A stretch of DNA of 64,000 bases from Gekko japonicus (GCF_001447785.1 NW_015177078.1:163942-227941); one strand, 5' to 3'. Counted from the stretch's first letter, positions 1 to 11,076 are shown. A program made the numbers and translations. Notes: generated by a model from the letters alone, not told the origin.

Positions 1-434
1 CTCTCTAGACAGATTGTAAAATATGCTCTCTTTATTGGACTTTTATTTTTCTTGACTCTCTGCCAAAGCAAGCTACTTCTCAGAGCCATTAAGTCACTAG
101 GATGGCTTTCTTTTCCATACTGCTTTTAAGGAATATCTGTGCATGTCACTTTAGAACTTCACAATATATAGACAAAGCAAGCAGGATTTCCCAGACTGGA
201 GGCATGGATCACTCTTACACTCCAAAAATATACACTCACTGGAGACATATAATAGAATGATCCACCATGAAAGGAGGCTGATTGGAAGGAAGACCTACTA
301 GAGGAAAAAATCATGCAGAGAAGCAACAGGCATACTCTGGGAACCGGTATTTGGGGCTTCATGGGAGCCTTACTTTATTCCCGTGGACAAATCAGCAGTT
401 CTTCAGCATACAGTTTGGAAATTACTGCACAAGG

Positions 435-760
435 GACTCTGGATAAAACAATAAAGATGTTAGTGTCTGTCTTTTATTTAGTTTCTGGTCCTCATGGCTC
501 CTCATGGTTGCAAGGAAAATTTCAAAGCAGGGGTTATTTGCATAAGAGCTGCTTCTGTCATTTTATTCTCTTGGATTTTTACAAACATGAGTAATTAGAC
601 TCTGGATAAAACAATAAAGATGTTAGTGTCTGTCTTTTATTTAGTTTCTGGTCCTCATGGCTCCTCATGGTTGCAAGGAAAATTTCAAAGCAGGGGTTAT
701 TTGCATAAGAGCTGCTTCTGTCATTTTATTCTCTTGGATTTTTACAAACATGAGTAATTA
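435..760. repeat. Tandem duplication, 2 x 163 bp
   Basis: 435-597 and 598-760 appear identical by eye. Confidence 0.95.
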
Positions 761-904
761 ATAATTATCGTATGGCATTCGTGTAGAATAGCCAGGAGAT
801 CCTAAGATTGTCTGGCAGCCAGAAGTTCTAGTAATAATTATCGTATGGCATTCGTGTAGAATAGCCAGGAGATACTAAGATTGTCTGGCAGCCAGAAGTT
901 CCAG
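759..904. repeat. Tandem duplication, 2 x 73 bp (diverged third copy at ~1876-1985)
   Basis: 759-831 vs 832-904 with two mismatches. Confidence 0.92.
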
Positions 905-944
905 TTCTTTAGCATTATATACCACTAGGTGGTGAGCTAGTCTT

Positions 945-1113
945 ATTTTTTAAGGCAAGAGACATTTCAGAGGTGGTTTGCTGTTGCCTGCCTCTGCATC
1001 ACAACCCTGATATTCCTTTGAGGTCACCCTTCCAAATACTAGCCAAGGCCTACCCTGCTTAGTTTCTGAGATCTGACAGGATCGGGCTAACCTGGGCTAT
1101 CCTGGTCCGGGCA
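945..1113 (-). mobile_element. 5S-rRNA-derived SINE
   Basis: Reverse complement contains gcccgatc..gtcagatctcagaaactaagcagggtaggccttggctagtatttgga (5S A/IE/C boxes) plus a gcaaaccacctctg...tcttgcctt tail. Confidence 0.8.
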
Positions 1114-1599
1114 TAAACATGAGTAGATAAGTGACTTGGAAAAGCTTTGTAGGGTCAGAAGGTTCATGTGATGATGAACCCGGTGTCTCCCAAAGCCTTC
1201 AGTATTCGGAAACTAAAAGGAATTTTCATGCATATTGCTGAAAGTGCCCTGGAGGTTTTCTCCTATTATTTCTGCACATATGTGAGCTACTATGACTATA
1301 GGATGGAGAGTGCAAGATAGCTATTTTAAAAAATCAAATTGTGCATTTTAGCCAGTGTAGAGTTTAAAAGTGCATTAAAAATGAGGGAAACTTGGCAATG
1401 AAAAGGGTATAAAAGGTGTCAATTGGAGGGGCTAGGGGTTGCCTTTTCAGACTGCCAGTTGGGCTCTCCCTTTTGGCATCCAAGAGATCTCTTTATTATT
1501 GATCAATATGTGTACACTGTTTTAACATATACCCTGAGCAATTTGGTTTTCTTGGTATTTAGCTGAATAAAGCAAGAACACAGTGCAAGCTTTTGTTTT

Positions 1600-1817
1600 T
1601 GTCTCTTACCCCTTTGGCTGGTCCAGAAGCAAGTTTTCTCCAGGCCAGTTTGGCCAGGGATCCTGGAGGATTTTTGTCAACTTCTGGGCATGGAACAGGG
1701 GTCACTGGGTGTGTGTGTGGGGGAGGAATTTGTGAATGTCCTGCCTTGTTCAGGGGGGGGGGTTGGACTAGATGACCCTGGTGGACACTTCAAACTCTAT
1801 GAATCTATGATTCTATG
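1600..1817 (+). mobile_element. CR1 LINE 3' end
   Basis: ggttggactagatgacc...caaactctatgaatctatgattctatg, the CR1 terminal motif with octamer tail. Confidence 0.85.
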
Positions 1818-1989
1818 GTCTCCTGTCAGTCCACATCCGGCCCGGGAACCCAGAACTCATGATAATTAATTAATTAATTATCATCTGGCATTGTGTGTAG
1901 AATAGCCAGGAGAGCCTGAGATTGTCCGGCAGCCACAAGTTTTAGCTCTTAGCATTAAGCTAGTGGTGAGCTAGACTTGTTTTTAGGGG

Positions 1990-2120
1990 TTGAGAGAGTT
2001 TGGAGAGAGCTGTGACTGACCCAAGGTCACCCAACTGCCTTCATGTGGAGGAGTAGTGTATCAAACCCAGTTCTCCAGATTAGAGTCCGCTGCTCTTAAC
2101 CACTTCACCAAACTGGCTCC
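1990..2120 (-). mobile_element. tRNA-derived SINE (Squam3-type) 5' part
   Basis: Reverse complement of gagccagtttggtgaagtggttaagagc...aatctggagaactgggtttgat (Pol III A/B boxes). Confidence 0.8.
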
Positions 2121-2238
2121 TTTCATGAAACGGTTTCCAACCTGTCCTAGAACATCCTGTCATGGCAAAGACATTTTATCTGTGATCGGTTTCTGGGTAC
2201 TTTTCTACTCAGGCTTTTTTATTATGAGTAGGGAGATG

Positions 2239-2667
2239 CAGAGGTCATTTCGGGGGGATCGCGGGGGATCGCAGTTCCCCCGGGTGAGGTACGGGGGGCG
2301 GGGCACATGACGAAGCCCCGCCCCCCACTTCCGGCCGCCCCGTTTTCGGCCCTCATTCAGCCAGGAGGAGGCAGGAGAAGAGGGAGGGTACGTTGCTTCC
2401 TCCCTGCCTCTCCCCACCCTTGCCTGCCTGGGGCCAGGGAGGGCCTTGGCGGGGTTTCCTTGCACTCCCGCCGGCCTTGCAGGTCCACCGCCGGGCCCCT
2501 CATGGGGCTCAGCAGTGGAGCTGCAAGGCCGGCGGCGGCGGCTGGGACCGTTGAGGGCGGGGTGTGTGGCCTTATGACACACTTCCGGTGATGTCAGGGG
2601 GTGTGGCATATGCTAATGAGTTATGCTAATGAGTTCCCCTAGCTCTTTTTCTACGAAACGACCCCTG
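2239..2667. mobile_element. Non-autonomous hAT transposon (MITE), GC-rich
   Basis: TIRs CAGAGGTCATTTCG / CGAAACGACCCCTG; perfect 8-bp TSD GGGAGATG (2231-2238 and 2668-2675). Confidence 0.92.
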
Positions 2668-3598
2668 GGGAGATGGAACAACTCAAGTGGCTGCCAGAGA
2701 TGGCAACAATTTCAGGCACATTTATTTAGGGGCCTGATCAATGATTTTGAACAATACCAGAGCATTGTCATCTGAGTGGCCAAGATCCACATTAAATATA
2801 TACTAAACCCCCCTTCTTTAACATTGATATATATCAATATTATTGTTTAGTGTACAGGTGCATGTGAATCCCCCCCCCGAAAACAACAACAACATTAGGG
2901 GGTCAAAAGATTAATCTTTTGCTTACTTTTTATTCAATCCACATTCTTCTGAGACTGCATCTTGCCAGCCTTTTTTCCCTTCCAGCAGGGAATCTTTAGT
3001 TTTCACAAATGATGTTTAAAAAGAGTATCTTTTAGTTTGGGCCACATTGTTATGCTAGCAAGAAAAAAAAAGTGGATGAAGAGGACCAGAACAGCACAGC
3101 ACGTACAGCACTGGACTGAAGATCTGAGTAGAGATTTTGTAAAATAAATAAATGATGTGGGTTTTAATGGTTTTTAAGATGTTATTTTATTATGTATGTT
3201 TTTTTAAAAAGATTGGGTGCTGCTTTGGTGGCTTACGAAGACAGAAAGGTGGGCTATATGTTTTGTAAAATAAACTTTAAAAAAATTTAAATTCCATTTG
3301 GCCAGGAAGGTCACCTTGATCCAGGCATTTGCACAGGCTGCTGGAAGGATCCAAGGGGAAGAGGGGGAATCTCTTTACTTACTCACTTCATTTAATACCT
3401 TTCTCTCCAAAGGGCATCCCAAGCAGCTTCCATCATTCTCCCCGCCTTCATTTTCTCATCACAACAACAAACCTGTGAGGTAGGTATGACGGACCCCTGC
3501 ATCTTCTTCTCTGTGAGGCAGATTTTCCCACCAAAACACTGTTCCCCTCTCTGAGTAAGCAGCCTCTTAGTAGTGTGTCTGAATGATAGAATTATTAA

Positions 3599-3989
3599 CA
3601 GGGCTTTTTTTGTAGAAAAAGCCCAGCAGGAACTCATTAGCATAATAGGCCACACCCAACACCAGAAACTCATTCGCATATTAGGCCACATCCATAGCAG
3701 CACAGCTCATTAGCCTATTAGGCCACACCCCATGTTACCAGAAGTGTGGTCATCCAGCCACACCCACCTTTTGCTTCTTATTCTGTTTACTTTGTTGCCA
3801 AAACCCAGGGCTTTTTTTGTAGCAGGAACGTCTTTACATGTTAGACCACACACCCCTAATGTAGCCAATCCTAATGAGTTTCTGCTGTTAGGTGTGGCCT
3901 ATTATGCTAATGAGTTCCTGCTGGGCGTGGCCAACTCAGGAGCCAGCCGAAACTCTGTTCCTGTGCGTTCCTGCCCAAAAATAGCCCTG
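3599..3989. mobile_element. Non-autonomous hAT MITE (CAGGGCT...AGCCCTG family)
   Basis: Near-identical to 6811-7194; TIRs present, TSD degenerate. Confidence 0.88.
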
Positions 3990-4017
3990 GAATTATAACT
4001 TTTTGCATGTCCCACCC

Positions 4018-4975
4018 TGTGATAGAGACGTTATTTGGCCTTTGCCCAGGCCAGAGATTTATTGTAACTCAGCAGGAGCTCCCTTATAAATCCCTTTTCG
4101 AAATGGTACTAACTTGACACAAAGTAAAGTTCAAACAGAAAGGTTGATGTTATTGAACAGGCACAGCTGAGTTAGGAATAGGGCAGGGGATGACAAGCTG
4201 AGGTAACTTTGGTTGTTTATACAAATTATAATAGTTTGAACAGGCAACAGAGTATAGTTGAAGCTTATATTCTTAAAGACTCCGTTCTTAACTGTGAGAG
4301 GTTTGTTTGTCATGGAGATTTCTTTCAGCAACAATGTGTCTTCATAAAATTCCATTAAACTACGTTAGTTTCCTGGAAGTTAGTACTTTCTTCCTGTATT
4401 TGAATACTTCCCTTGTGGGATTATAACTTTTCATTTTTTTACTCCTGAGGAGTCTAAGACCGTTTCCCTTTTCACACAAACCAGGGTTCCCTTCTGAGTT
4501 GAACCTTCTGAATAACTGGGTGAGAAATACGCTTTTTTCTAGGAGCGATAATCCTTTTCTGTTTGGTTAGACCGGCAGTTTCCAACCTACTCCAGCCTCT
4601 TATGTCAGACCTAAACCCCAGTTCTGGAGACTGTGAATAAACAGAATTCAGCTAAGGCTGACACTTAGACTCTAAGTTTTGGTTTTTGAAATTTTCCTCA
4701 AATGTGATGGTACCCAATAAAGGCAAGGAGTTGTGTCCCTTCACTTCCCAAGTGAACTCGTCTGTTTCCCTCAGACTGACACACACACTTCTCCTGACTT
4801 GCACCTGCCAAGCCAAAGTTCAAACAACAACTGACTCCCTTTGACAAGACTGGCAAGACTTTTTAAAACTCTCCTCAGCTGGCGCTGACCAACCAGAAAG
4901 AAGGGGATGCACACCGGCAGCAGCCTGTCAATCAAACTGTCTTACCTAATCTCCCAGCTCTCTGCTTCTGAGACA
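4018..4975 (-). mobile_element. Possible solo LTR
   Basis: About 950 bp bounded by TGT...ACA, with a minus-strand AATAAA near the left end. No convincing TSD found. Confidence 0.3.
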
Positions 4976-5002
4976 CTAAGCATCCTGGTTTTGGAGGTCA
5001 GT

Positions 5003-5605
5003 TTATTTATTTATTCCTTCGGACCTGACCCCGAAGGGTCTCTGGGCGGTTTACATAGTAATTCTAACCACATTCACCTAGCTAGGGCCACATTGTTTCT
5101 GGGGTAGTGTCTGCCTACCAGCACCCAGGCTAGTTGTTCTCCAGCTTCCTTTCCGTGGCTTCGGGTATCGGCATCCTGGTGCCCTTCTGGAGCCGGTCTT
5201 TTTTCCTTTCGAGTGGCTTCCTCTGGTAGGACTCGTTTGGTGCGTGGCTCCGTGTTGGCTGTAGCTCCGGCTACTGTCCTAGATGGCTCCGCCGTGCTTG
5301 CGCCGCATGTCACCACGCTCTCCAGCCTCTGCCTTTTTCTGGGCTCTGCCTCCGACGTTGCTCTGCTGGGTCACCAGGAACTGCACCGCCGCCATCGCCA
5401 CTCTGCCACCATCACCGCTGCTGCCGCCGCTGATGCCTTCACCTCGCAAGGAGGAGGGTGCCCCCCGCCACCTAGGGCAGGTACCCAATTTATCTACTTG
5501 CCATTTTAATGCTTTCGAACCGCTGGGTGGGCGAGAGCTGGGACTAGGGCCAGGAGCTCACTGCAGCCGTGGTGGGTCTCGAGCAGCCATACTGGCTGTT
5601 CATTG
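5003..5605 (-). mobile_element. Chimeric retroposon: Sauria-SINE 5' part + GC-rich body + LINE-type (TAAA)n tail
   Basis: 5475-5605 matches the Sauria SINE copies (gttcgaaagc...gcaagtagataaat.ggtac). 5003-5056 is tgtaaaccgcccagag...aataaataaataaa on the minus strand. Confidence 0.55.
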
Positions 5606-6031
5606 ATGTTACTTGCAGGTGTTCTTACTGCCTGCACCACCGCTCCCTACAGTTCCGTCACAGTAGGCTAGTCCCAAGATCACCCAGCTAGTTTCCATGG
5701 CAGAGTGAGGAGCCAAATCTGGGTTGCTAGTCTGGTGCTCTACCCACCGCACAATAGGCAGCCCTGAGGAAGGAAGGAGTAAAGTGTAATTAACGGCACA
5801 GATCCAGCCATGTTCTGATGGAACAGCATTTCTGTTTGCAATAAAGGGGGCAGCAATTTCCACTAATTCCCTGTTCTCTCTGGAGACCCTCCCTTGTCCC
5901 CCTCTGCTTTTCCTGAGGTTCTGCTGAGAACGTCCCCCCCCCAGCAAAATTTTAGGGAGCTCAGCGGTCTGGAGCAAGAGGGGGAAGCAGGAAAGTCCCA
6001 CTCCATGAAGTTCAAAGATGGTTGGAGACGT

Positions 6032-6208
6032 CCTGACCTGGATAGCCGAGGCAAGCCTGATCTCATCAGATCTCAGAAGCAAGTACCAGGAAGAGCGACC
6101 TCTGAGGAATACCAGGGCTGGAATGCACAGGCAGGCAATAGCAAGCCACCTGTCTGAAATGTCCAAGCCCTATTAGGGGGTTGCCAGAAGTCAGCCATGA
6201 CTTCCAGG
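6032..6208 (+). mobile_element. 5S-rRNA-derived SINE (degenerate)
   Basis: cctgacctggatagcc...gcctgatctcatcagatctcagaagc...ggaataccaggg and the family tail. Confidence 0.75.
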
Positions 6209-6810
6209 CTTGCAAGAACACACACACACACACTACTCACCAAAAAGCGGATGTTTAGAGACATGCCAATTTATTAGTTGAATACACAGAGGTGTTTTTA
6301 AAAAATCAGTTTATACATTGAAAAAAACAGTCCCCGTCCCCCGAAGAATCATGTGGCGTTAACCTAGTAACATTTGATATGCTTGCTGTCTTTTGTTGGA
6401 TGTGCTGCTGACTCTTCCACTGTACTTGTCAGAACACCTGGTTCCTAGCTCATACAACAAGGGAGGACTGGCCAAAGTGCACCACCCCAGCAACCCTCCC
6501 CCGCCGGAAACACTGGTCAATGGCCTATTCTCTGTGGGAGCAGAGAAGCAGCACAAGAAACAAGAGTGCCAGAGAATCTCAGCAACCCTTCTCTAGCAGT
6601 CCAGAGACACCCCATCCCACCCCATGGCTTATCTTGCAGTGACTCCTTGCTCGTTTTAAAGCCACCTGCATTTACGAAGTGCAAAGGACTTATATACTCA
6701 CTAGTCACACCCAGGGTGGGGCAGAAGCCAGGACTGGAGGAAGGGTGGCCGGGTGCAGGGAGGTCTGCAATTGCAGGGAGGGAAGCAGAGGTGTGATGGA
6801 GGGTCTTATG

Positions 6811-7194
6811 CAGGGCTCTTTTTGTAGAAAAAGCCCAGCAGGAACTCATTAGTATAATAGGCCACACCCAACAGCAAAACTCATTAGCATATTAGGCCAC
6901 ACCCTGACAGCACCGCTCATTAGCACATTAGGCCACACCCCCATGTTACCAGAAGTGTGGTCATCCAGCCACACCCACCTTTCCCTTCTTATTCTGTTTA
7001 CCCTTTTTGTTGTCAAAACCCAGGGCTTTTTTTGTAGCAGGAACTCCTTTGCATGTTAGGCCACACACCCCTAATGTAGCCAATCCTAATGAGTTTCTGC
7101 TATTGGGTGTGGCCTATTATGCTAATGAGTTCCTGCTGGGTGTGACCAACTCAGGAGCCAGCCGGAACTCCGTTCCTGCCCAAAAATAGCCCTG
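6811..7194. mobile_element. Non-autonomous hAT MITE (CAGGGCT...AGCCCTG family)
   Basis: TIRs and a perfect 8-bp TSD GTCTTATG (6803-6810 and 7195-7202). Confidence 0.94.
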
Positions 7195-7407
7195 GTCTTA
7201 TGGACTCTCTGACCTCAGCCCCACCCCAAACCTCCCATGATCCTTTCAAAGCCTCCTGATCAAATGGATGCTGGATGCATATGCATCCTTATCACAGAAC
7301 TCTGAATCCAACCTTAGCCACTCTCACAAAACAATGAGGTGCTACCTTTGTTCAGGCCAACTTGTTTTTAAAATGTTGGACGCAGGCTTCCAAGTTCTTC
7401 CTTGGAA

Positions 7408-7590
7408 GAGCCTCTGCTTGGCATGCATGAATGTCCCTGGTTCAATCCTGGCACCTCCAGTTTAAAGGATCAGGGGATGTGAGAGACCTCCACCTGAGAG
7501 CCAGGAGCGCTGCTGCCAGTCTGAGCAGACAATGCTGACTTTGATGGACCAATGGTCTGATTCAGGATAAGGCAGTTTCAGGTGTTCATG
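7408..7590 (+). mobile_element. tRNA-derived SINE with CR1-type tail
   Basis: B-box ggttcaatcc; tail gatggaccaatggtctgattcag.ataaggcag...tgttcatg. Confidence 0.7.
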
Positions 7591-7848
7591 CACACGCTTC
7601 TTTAGGGAAGAATGAAAGAGAAAATAAAAGACGTGCTGCAGAGTGAGCACTCAGCCAGTCTTCTCTGTACTCTTACAAGACCAAAAAAGCAGGAAATATA
7701 AAGCACTTTGCGGATTAGAAGAGGTGTATAAATTAGTAAGAGTAATGATTGGTCAGAATAATAGGTGAACAAAACCAACAAGTTCCTATTTTAGTGAAGG
7801 GTTATTCTTTTTATAGCATATATTAATGTCCCTAATGAAGAAAATAGC

Positions 7849-8327
7849 AGCCCTCTCAACCAAAATTTTTGGTCATCTGTTCGAGACCAAATTTCTATCA
7901 TCACACAGGCCTCTCCGTTCCATTACGCCCTGACTCAATGTTGCTAAACTTGTGGGATGATCCCAAAATCCCCCAAGTTAAGAAAGATTTGGTTTCTATA
8001 TTATGCACCGCTGCGAGGTCTGCAATCGCCTTCTCCTGGAAATCTCCCTCGCCCCCAATTCTTAAAAGAGTTGGTACAGGAACATATGGGATTATCTCAC
8101 AATGGAAAGGATACTGATACAAACCTCAAATAAACCTCTTGACTATTATAATTTTTGTTACCCTGTTTTAAATTTTATTGCTCAAAACAAAGACCCTTTT
8201 AAATCAGAATTGTGTTGTAGATGTTTTACTGTGTTAATTTATTGATTATTTACTATGATCTCATATGTTTATGACAGTTTATTGTTGCTGTATCTGATGT
8301 TAAATTTTCAATAAAAATTTTTTAAAA
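7849..8327 (+). mobile_element. 5'-truncated L1-clade LINE (ORF2 C-terminus + 3'UTR)
   Basis: Peptide LLNLW...LCTAARSAIAFSWKSPSPP is typical of non-mammalian L1 ORF2 ends; AATAAA plus A-tail; TSD AAGAAAATAGC (7838-7848 and 8328-8338). Confidence 0.85.
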
Positions 8328-8344
8328 AAGAAAATAGCCACCTC

Positions 8345-8535
8345 AGTGGCCCAGACTAACCAGAGTTTGGAAGCTAAGTAGGATTGGCCCCCATCTGTAC
8401 TTGGATGGGAGGCCACCAAAGAAGAATGGGTTCTCTATGCAGAGGCAGGTAAGGACAAACCACCTCTGTTTGTCTCTTGCCTTGAGAAGCCCATGTGGGG
8501 TCCCTGTAAATTAATTCTGACTTGATGGGGCTTGG
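8345..8535 (+). mobile_element. 5S-rRNA-derived SINE
   Basis: ggaagctaagtagg...gtacttggatgggaggccacc plus aaaccacctctg...tcttgccttg. Confidence 0.75.
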
Positions 8536-8544
8536 AACAAAGGC

Positions 8545-8625
8545 TAAGTCCAGTTGGCACCCTTAAGACCAGTTTAATTCTGGGTATAAGCTTTTGTGTG
8601 CAGGCACAGTTCCACAGATATCTCA
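8545..8625 (-). mobile_element. Penelope-like terminal fragment (similar pieces at ~14900-14975 and ~16765-16832, + strand)
   Basis: Motif gaagaag...cacRaaagctt...ggaataaa...tctt(t)aaggtgcca recalled as a reptile Penelope end. Confidence 0.5.
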
Positions 8626-8756
8626 ATCTATCTTGATGGTACTTGATTAATGAAGATAATATTTATTTTTATATTTTTTATATCACCTTAGTGATACTGA
8701 GGTAGTAGAGCATAAATCCTGTGTTTTCTTATTTATATATCTCTAATGAGGGAGAT

Positions 8757-9064
8757 GGAGCTGCAGTGGCTCAAGTGGTTAAGACACTGAACTGCAGGCT
8801 GTGGAAGGTCAGTAGTTCAGCAGTTCGAGACCCAGGTGCTGCCAGCCTAGCAGTTCGAAAGCAAGAAATTGCAAGTAGATAAATAGGTACCACTTCGGTG
8901 GGAAGGTAACAGCGTTCCGTGGCCTTGGTGTTTAGTCATGCCGGCCACATGACCACGGAAATGTCTTCGGACAGCGCTGGCTCTTCGGCTTTGAAACGGA
9001 GATGAGCACCGCAACCCTAGAGTCGGATTCGACTGGCTTTAGAACAAGGGAACCTTTACCTTTA
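8757..9064 (+). mobile_element. Sauria SINE with internal deletion
   Basis: tRNA head ggagctgcagtggctcaagtggttaa, (acctt)n tail; 14-bp TSD CTAATGAGGGAGAT (8743-8756 and 9065-9078). Confidence 0.93.
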
Positions 9065-9249
9065 CTAATGAGGGAGATCTGTTTTGTTTCTGGCAACTGG
9101 GATTTAGTTACTAGTCCGTGGAAGACATGAATGTCATCTCCCCTCCCACACACACACCGAGAATGCTTAAAGGATGTGCGCCTCCTGGACGGAGGTGGTT
9201 TCTTGACCTTGTTTAATTTACGCATTTAAAAATATATATAATTTTTTAA

Positions 9250-9570
9250 ATGATCTTCGGCTCGCTGCTCTGTCTGTAGACTCCGTCCCGCCCAGCAGAA
9301 GCCGAGAGGCGGCTGAGCACTTTCCGCCTCTGGCTGGTTGCTGCGAGGCTCCCGTCCCCGCGCCAGAAGGCGGCGGCTGGCAGCAGCGGCCGGGCCAAGC
9401 GGCCCCTCCCAGGCCTGATGCGCCGGGCTGCTATTTATAACTCGGCAGCCGGGGCCATCCTGCCGATGCTTTCCCTCTTCTGTTGCGCCCGCCAAGATGC
9501 CTTCTTCCCCCGGTCAGTCCGGAATACCGCACAGCCCTCCCTTTCGGAGTAAACTCTGAAATCCGGGAAG
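9250..9570. promoter_or_regulatory. Orphan CpG-rich island with CTATTTATAA (MEF2/TATA-like) at 9431-9440
   Basis: CpG-dense, no TIR/TSD or recognised TE signature; GC-rich character extends to the gap at 10029. Confidence 0.45.
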
Positions 9571-9572
9571 GG

Positions 9573-9773
9573 TCAGCCCAGGCTAGGCCTACCCCGTCAG
9601 CTCTCGCAAACTAAGCAAGAGCAGCTCTGGCTAGTATTTAGATGGGAGACCTCCAAGGAACGCCAGGGTCGTGTCGTGACACAAAGGCAGGGGGTGGCAA
9701 ACCAGCTCTGAATATCTCTTGCCTTGAAAACTCCACCAGGGGTTGCCATAACTCAGCGGTGACTTGAGGGCAC
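9573..9773 (+). mobile_element. 5S-rRNA-derived SINE
   Basis: ctaagcaagagc...ctggctagtatttagatgggagacc plus the full tail ...gggttgccataa.tcag..gtgacttgagggcac. Confidence 0.8.
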
Positions 9774-10379
9774 TTTCCGGCACCCCCCACCAAGGAGAGT
9801 CTTCTTCCTTTTTCCAGGGTCTAGTCAGACGAGCCCCACCCCGTGCCTTGATCAGATCCTGCAATCGTGTTTCAGAATCCAGACAAAGTCGCCCTACTCA
9901 GAAGGAAGGAAACTTCACGCCGGCGTAGGGCGAGGGCCTCCTTCTCGGATGGTTTGACTGATCGAAACTAAATCCCCCCCCCCTCCAGGGCCGTGCTCTT
10001 ATTAGCTACGGGGGGGGGGGGGGGAGACNNNNNNNNNNNNNNNNNNNNNNNNNNNNNNNNNNNNNNNNNNNNNNNNNNNNNNNNNNNNNNNNNNNNNNNN
10101 NNNNNNNNNNNNNNNNNNNNNCTGCTTTGGAGAGCTCATCTTCCAACATCTCCTTTCCTTTCAGCCAAAGTGCCTCCTTCAGCAGCTTTCATGCCCAACT
10201 CCGGAGGGGTTTTCTTTGGAGGCAGTGCTGTTTAATGGGTAGAGCGATCCAGAGATGTGGGTACACAAATCTTCATTTGTGACGTTTGACTGACTGGCTC
10301 GCCCAAGGTCACCATCTGTCAGCCTCATCTACCCTTCTGAGAGCTGAATGGATGGTTTTTGGGTTTGGGGTTTTTTTGA

Positions 10380-10549
10380 CGATTACTGAGCACTTTACTT
10401 GTTAGGACTGGTTTTTAAATTGTATAGTATGTTTTTAAAATTACAGGTATATTATGTTTTATTGTAGCAAGTTTATCTTGCCTTGTAAGCCGCCCTGAGC
10501 CCTACGGGGGAGGGCGGGGTATAAATTTGATAAATAAATAAATAAATAA
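10380..10549 (+). mobile_element. L2-type LINE 3' tail
   Basis: tgtaagccgccctgagcc...gggagggcggggtataaat followed by (TAAA)n. Confidence 0.7.
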
Positions 10550-10891
10550 GAGTAGAGAGAGAGAGAATATTTACCAACACTTTAGGAATTCCATAGAGGT
10601 TGTTTTTCTATTTGTCTGGTAACATTTAAAGCCTGCCCTTGGGGCTCAGGACAACATATGCTGTTCTTTCTTCCTCTGTTTATTCTTCACAACAACCCAA
10701 TGGGGTAGGTTAAGCAGGGAGGCAGTGACTGGCCACAAGGTCACACTGCAAACTTCCATGGCTGAGTGGGTCTCTGAACTTCAGTCTCCCAGTTTGAAGT
10801 CCCAACGCTAACCACTACACTGTACTGGCTCTCCAGGAGGTAAAAGACACACTCCAGCAAGCACACAAGTTACTTCGACACAACTTGTGAG

Positions 10892-11076
10892 CAGTGTTCC
10901 CTCTAAGTGAGTTAGTGTGAGCTAGCTCATAAGTTTTTTAGCCTCTGGCTCACAAATTTTGGTCTTAGCTCAGGAAGGATGGCTCCAGAGCAAACTAATT
11001 TATGCAGTCGCTCACAACTCTAATGCCAGTCGCTCACAAAGTAGAATTTTTGCTCACAAGCTTACAGGGAGCATTG
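10892..11076. mobile_element. hAT MITE
   Basis: TIRs CAGTGTTCCCTCTAAG / CTTACAGGGAGCATTG; perfect 8-bp TSD CTTGTGAG (10884-10891 and 11077-11084). Confidence 0.92.

Noticed and set aside
6845-6940. CRISPR-like repeat-spacer array
   Set aside because: Eukaryotic DNA; spacers are only ~10 bp and the repeats lie within a TIR/TSD-bounded transposon.
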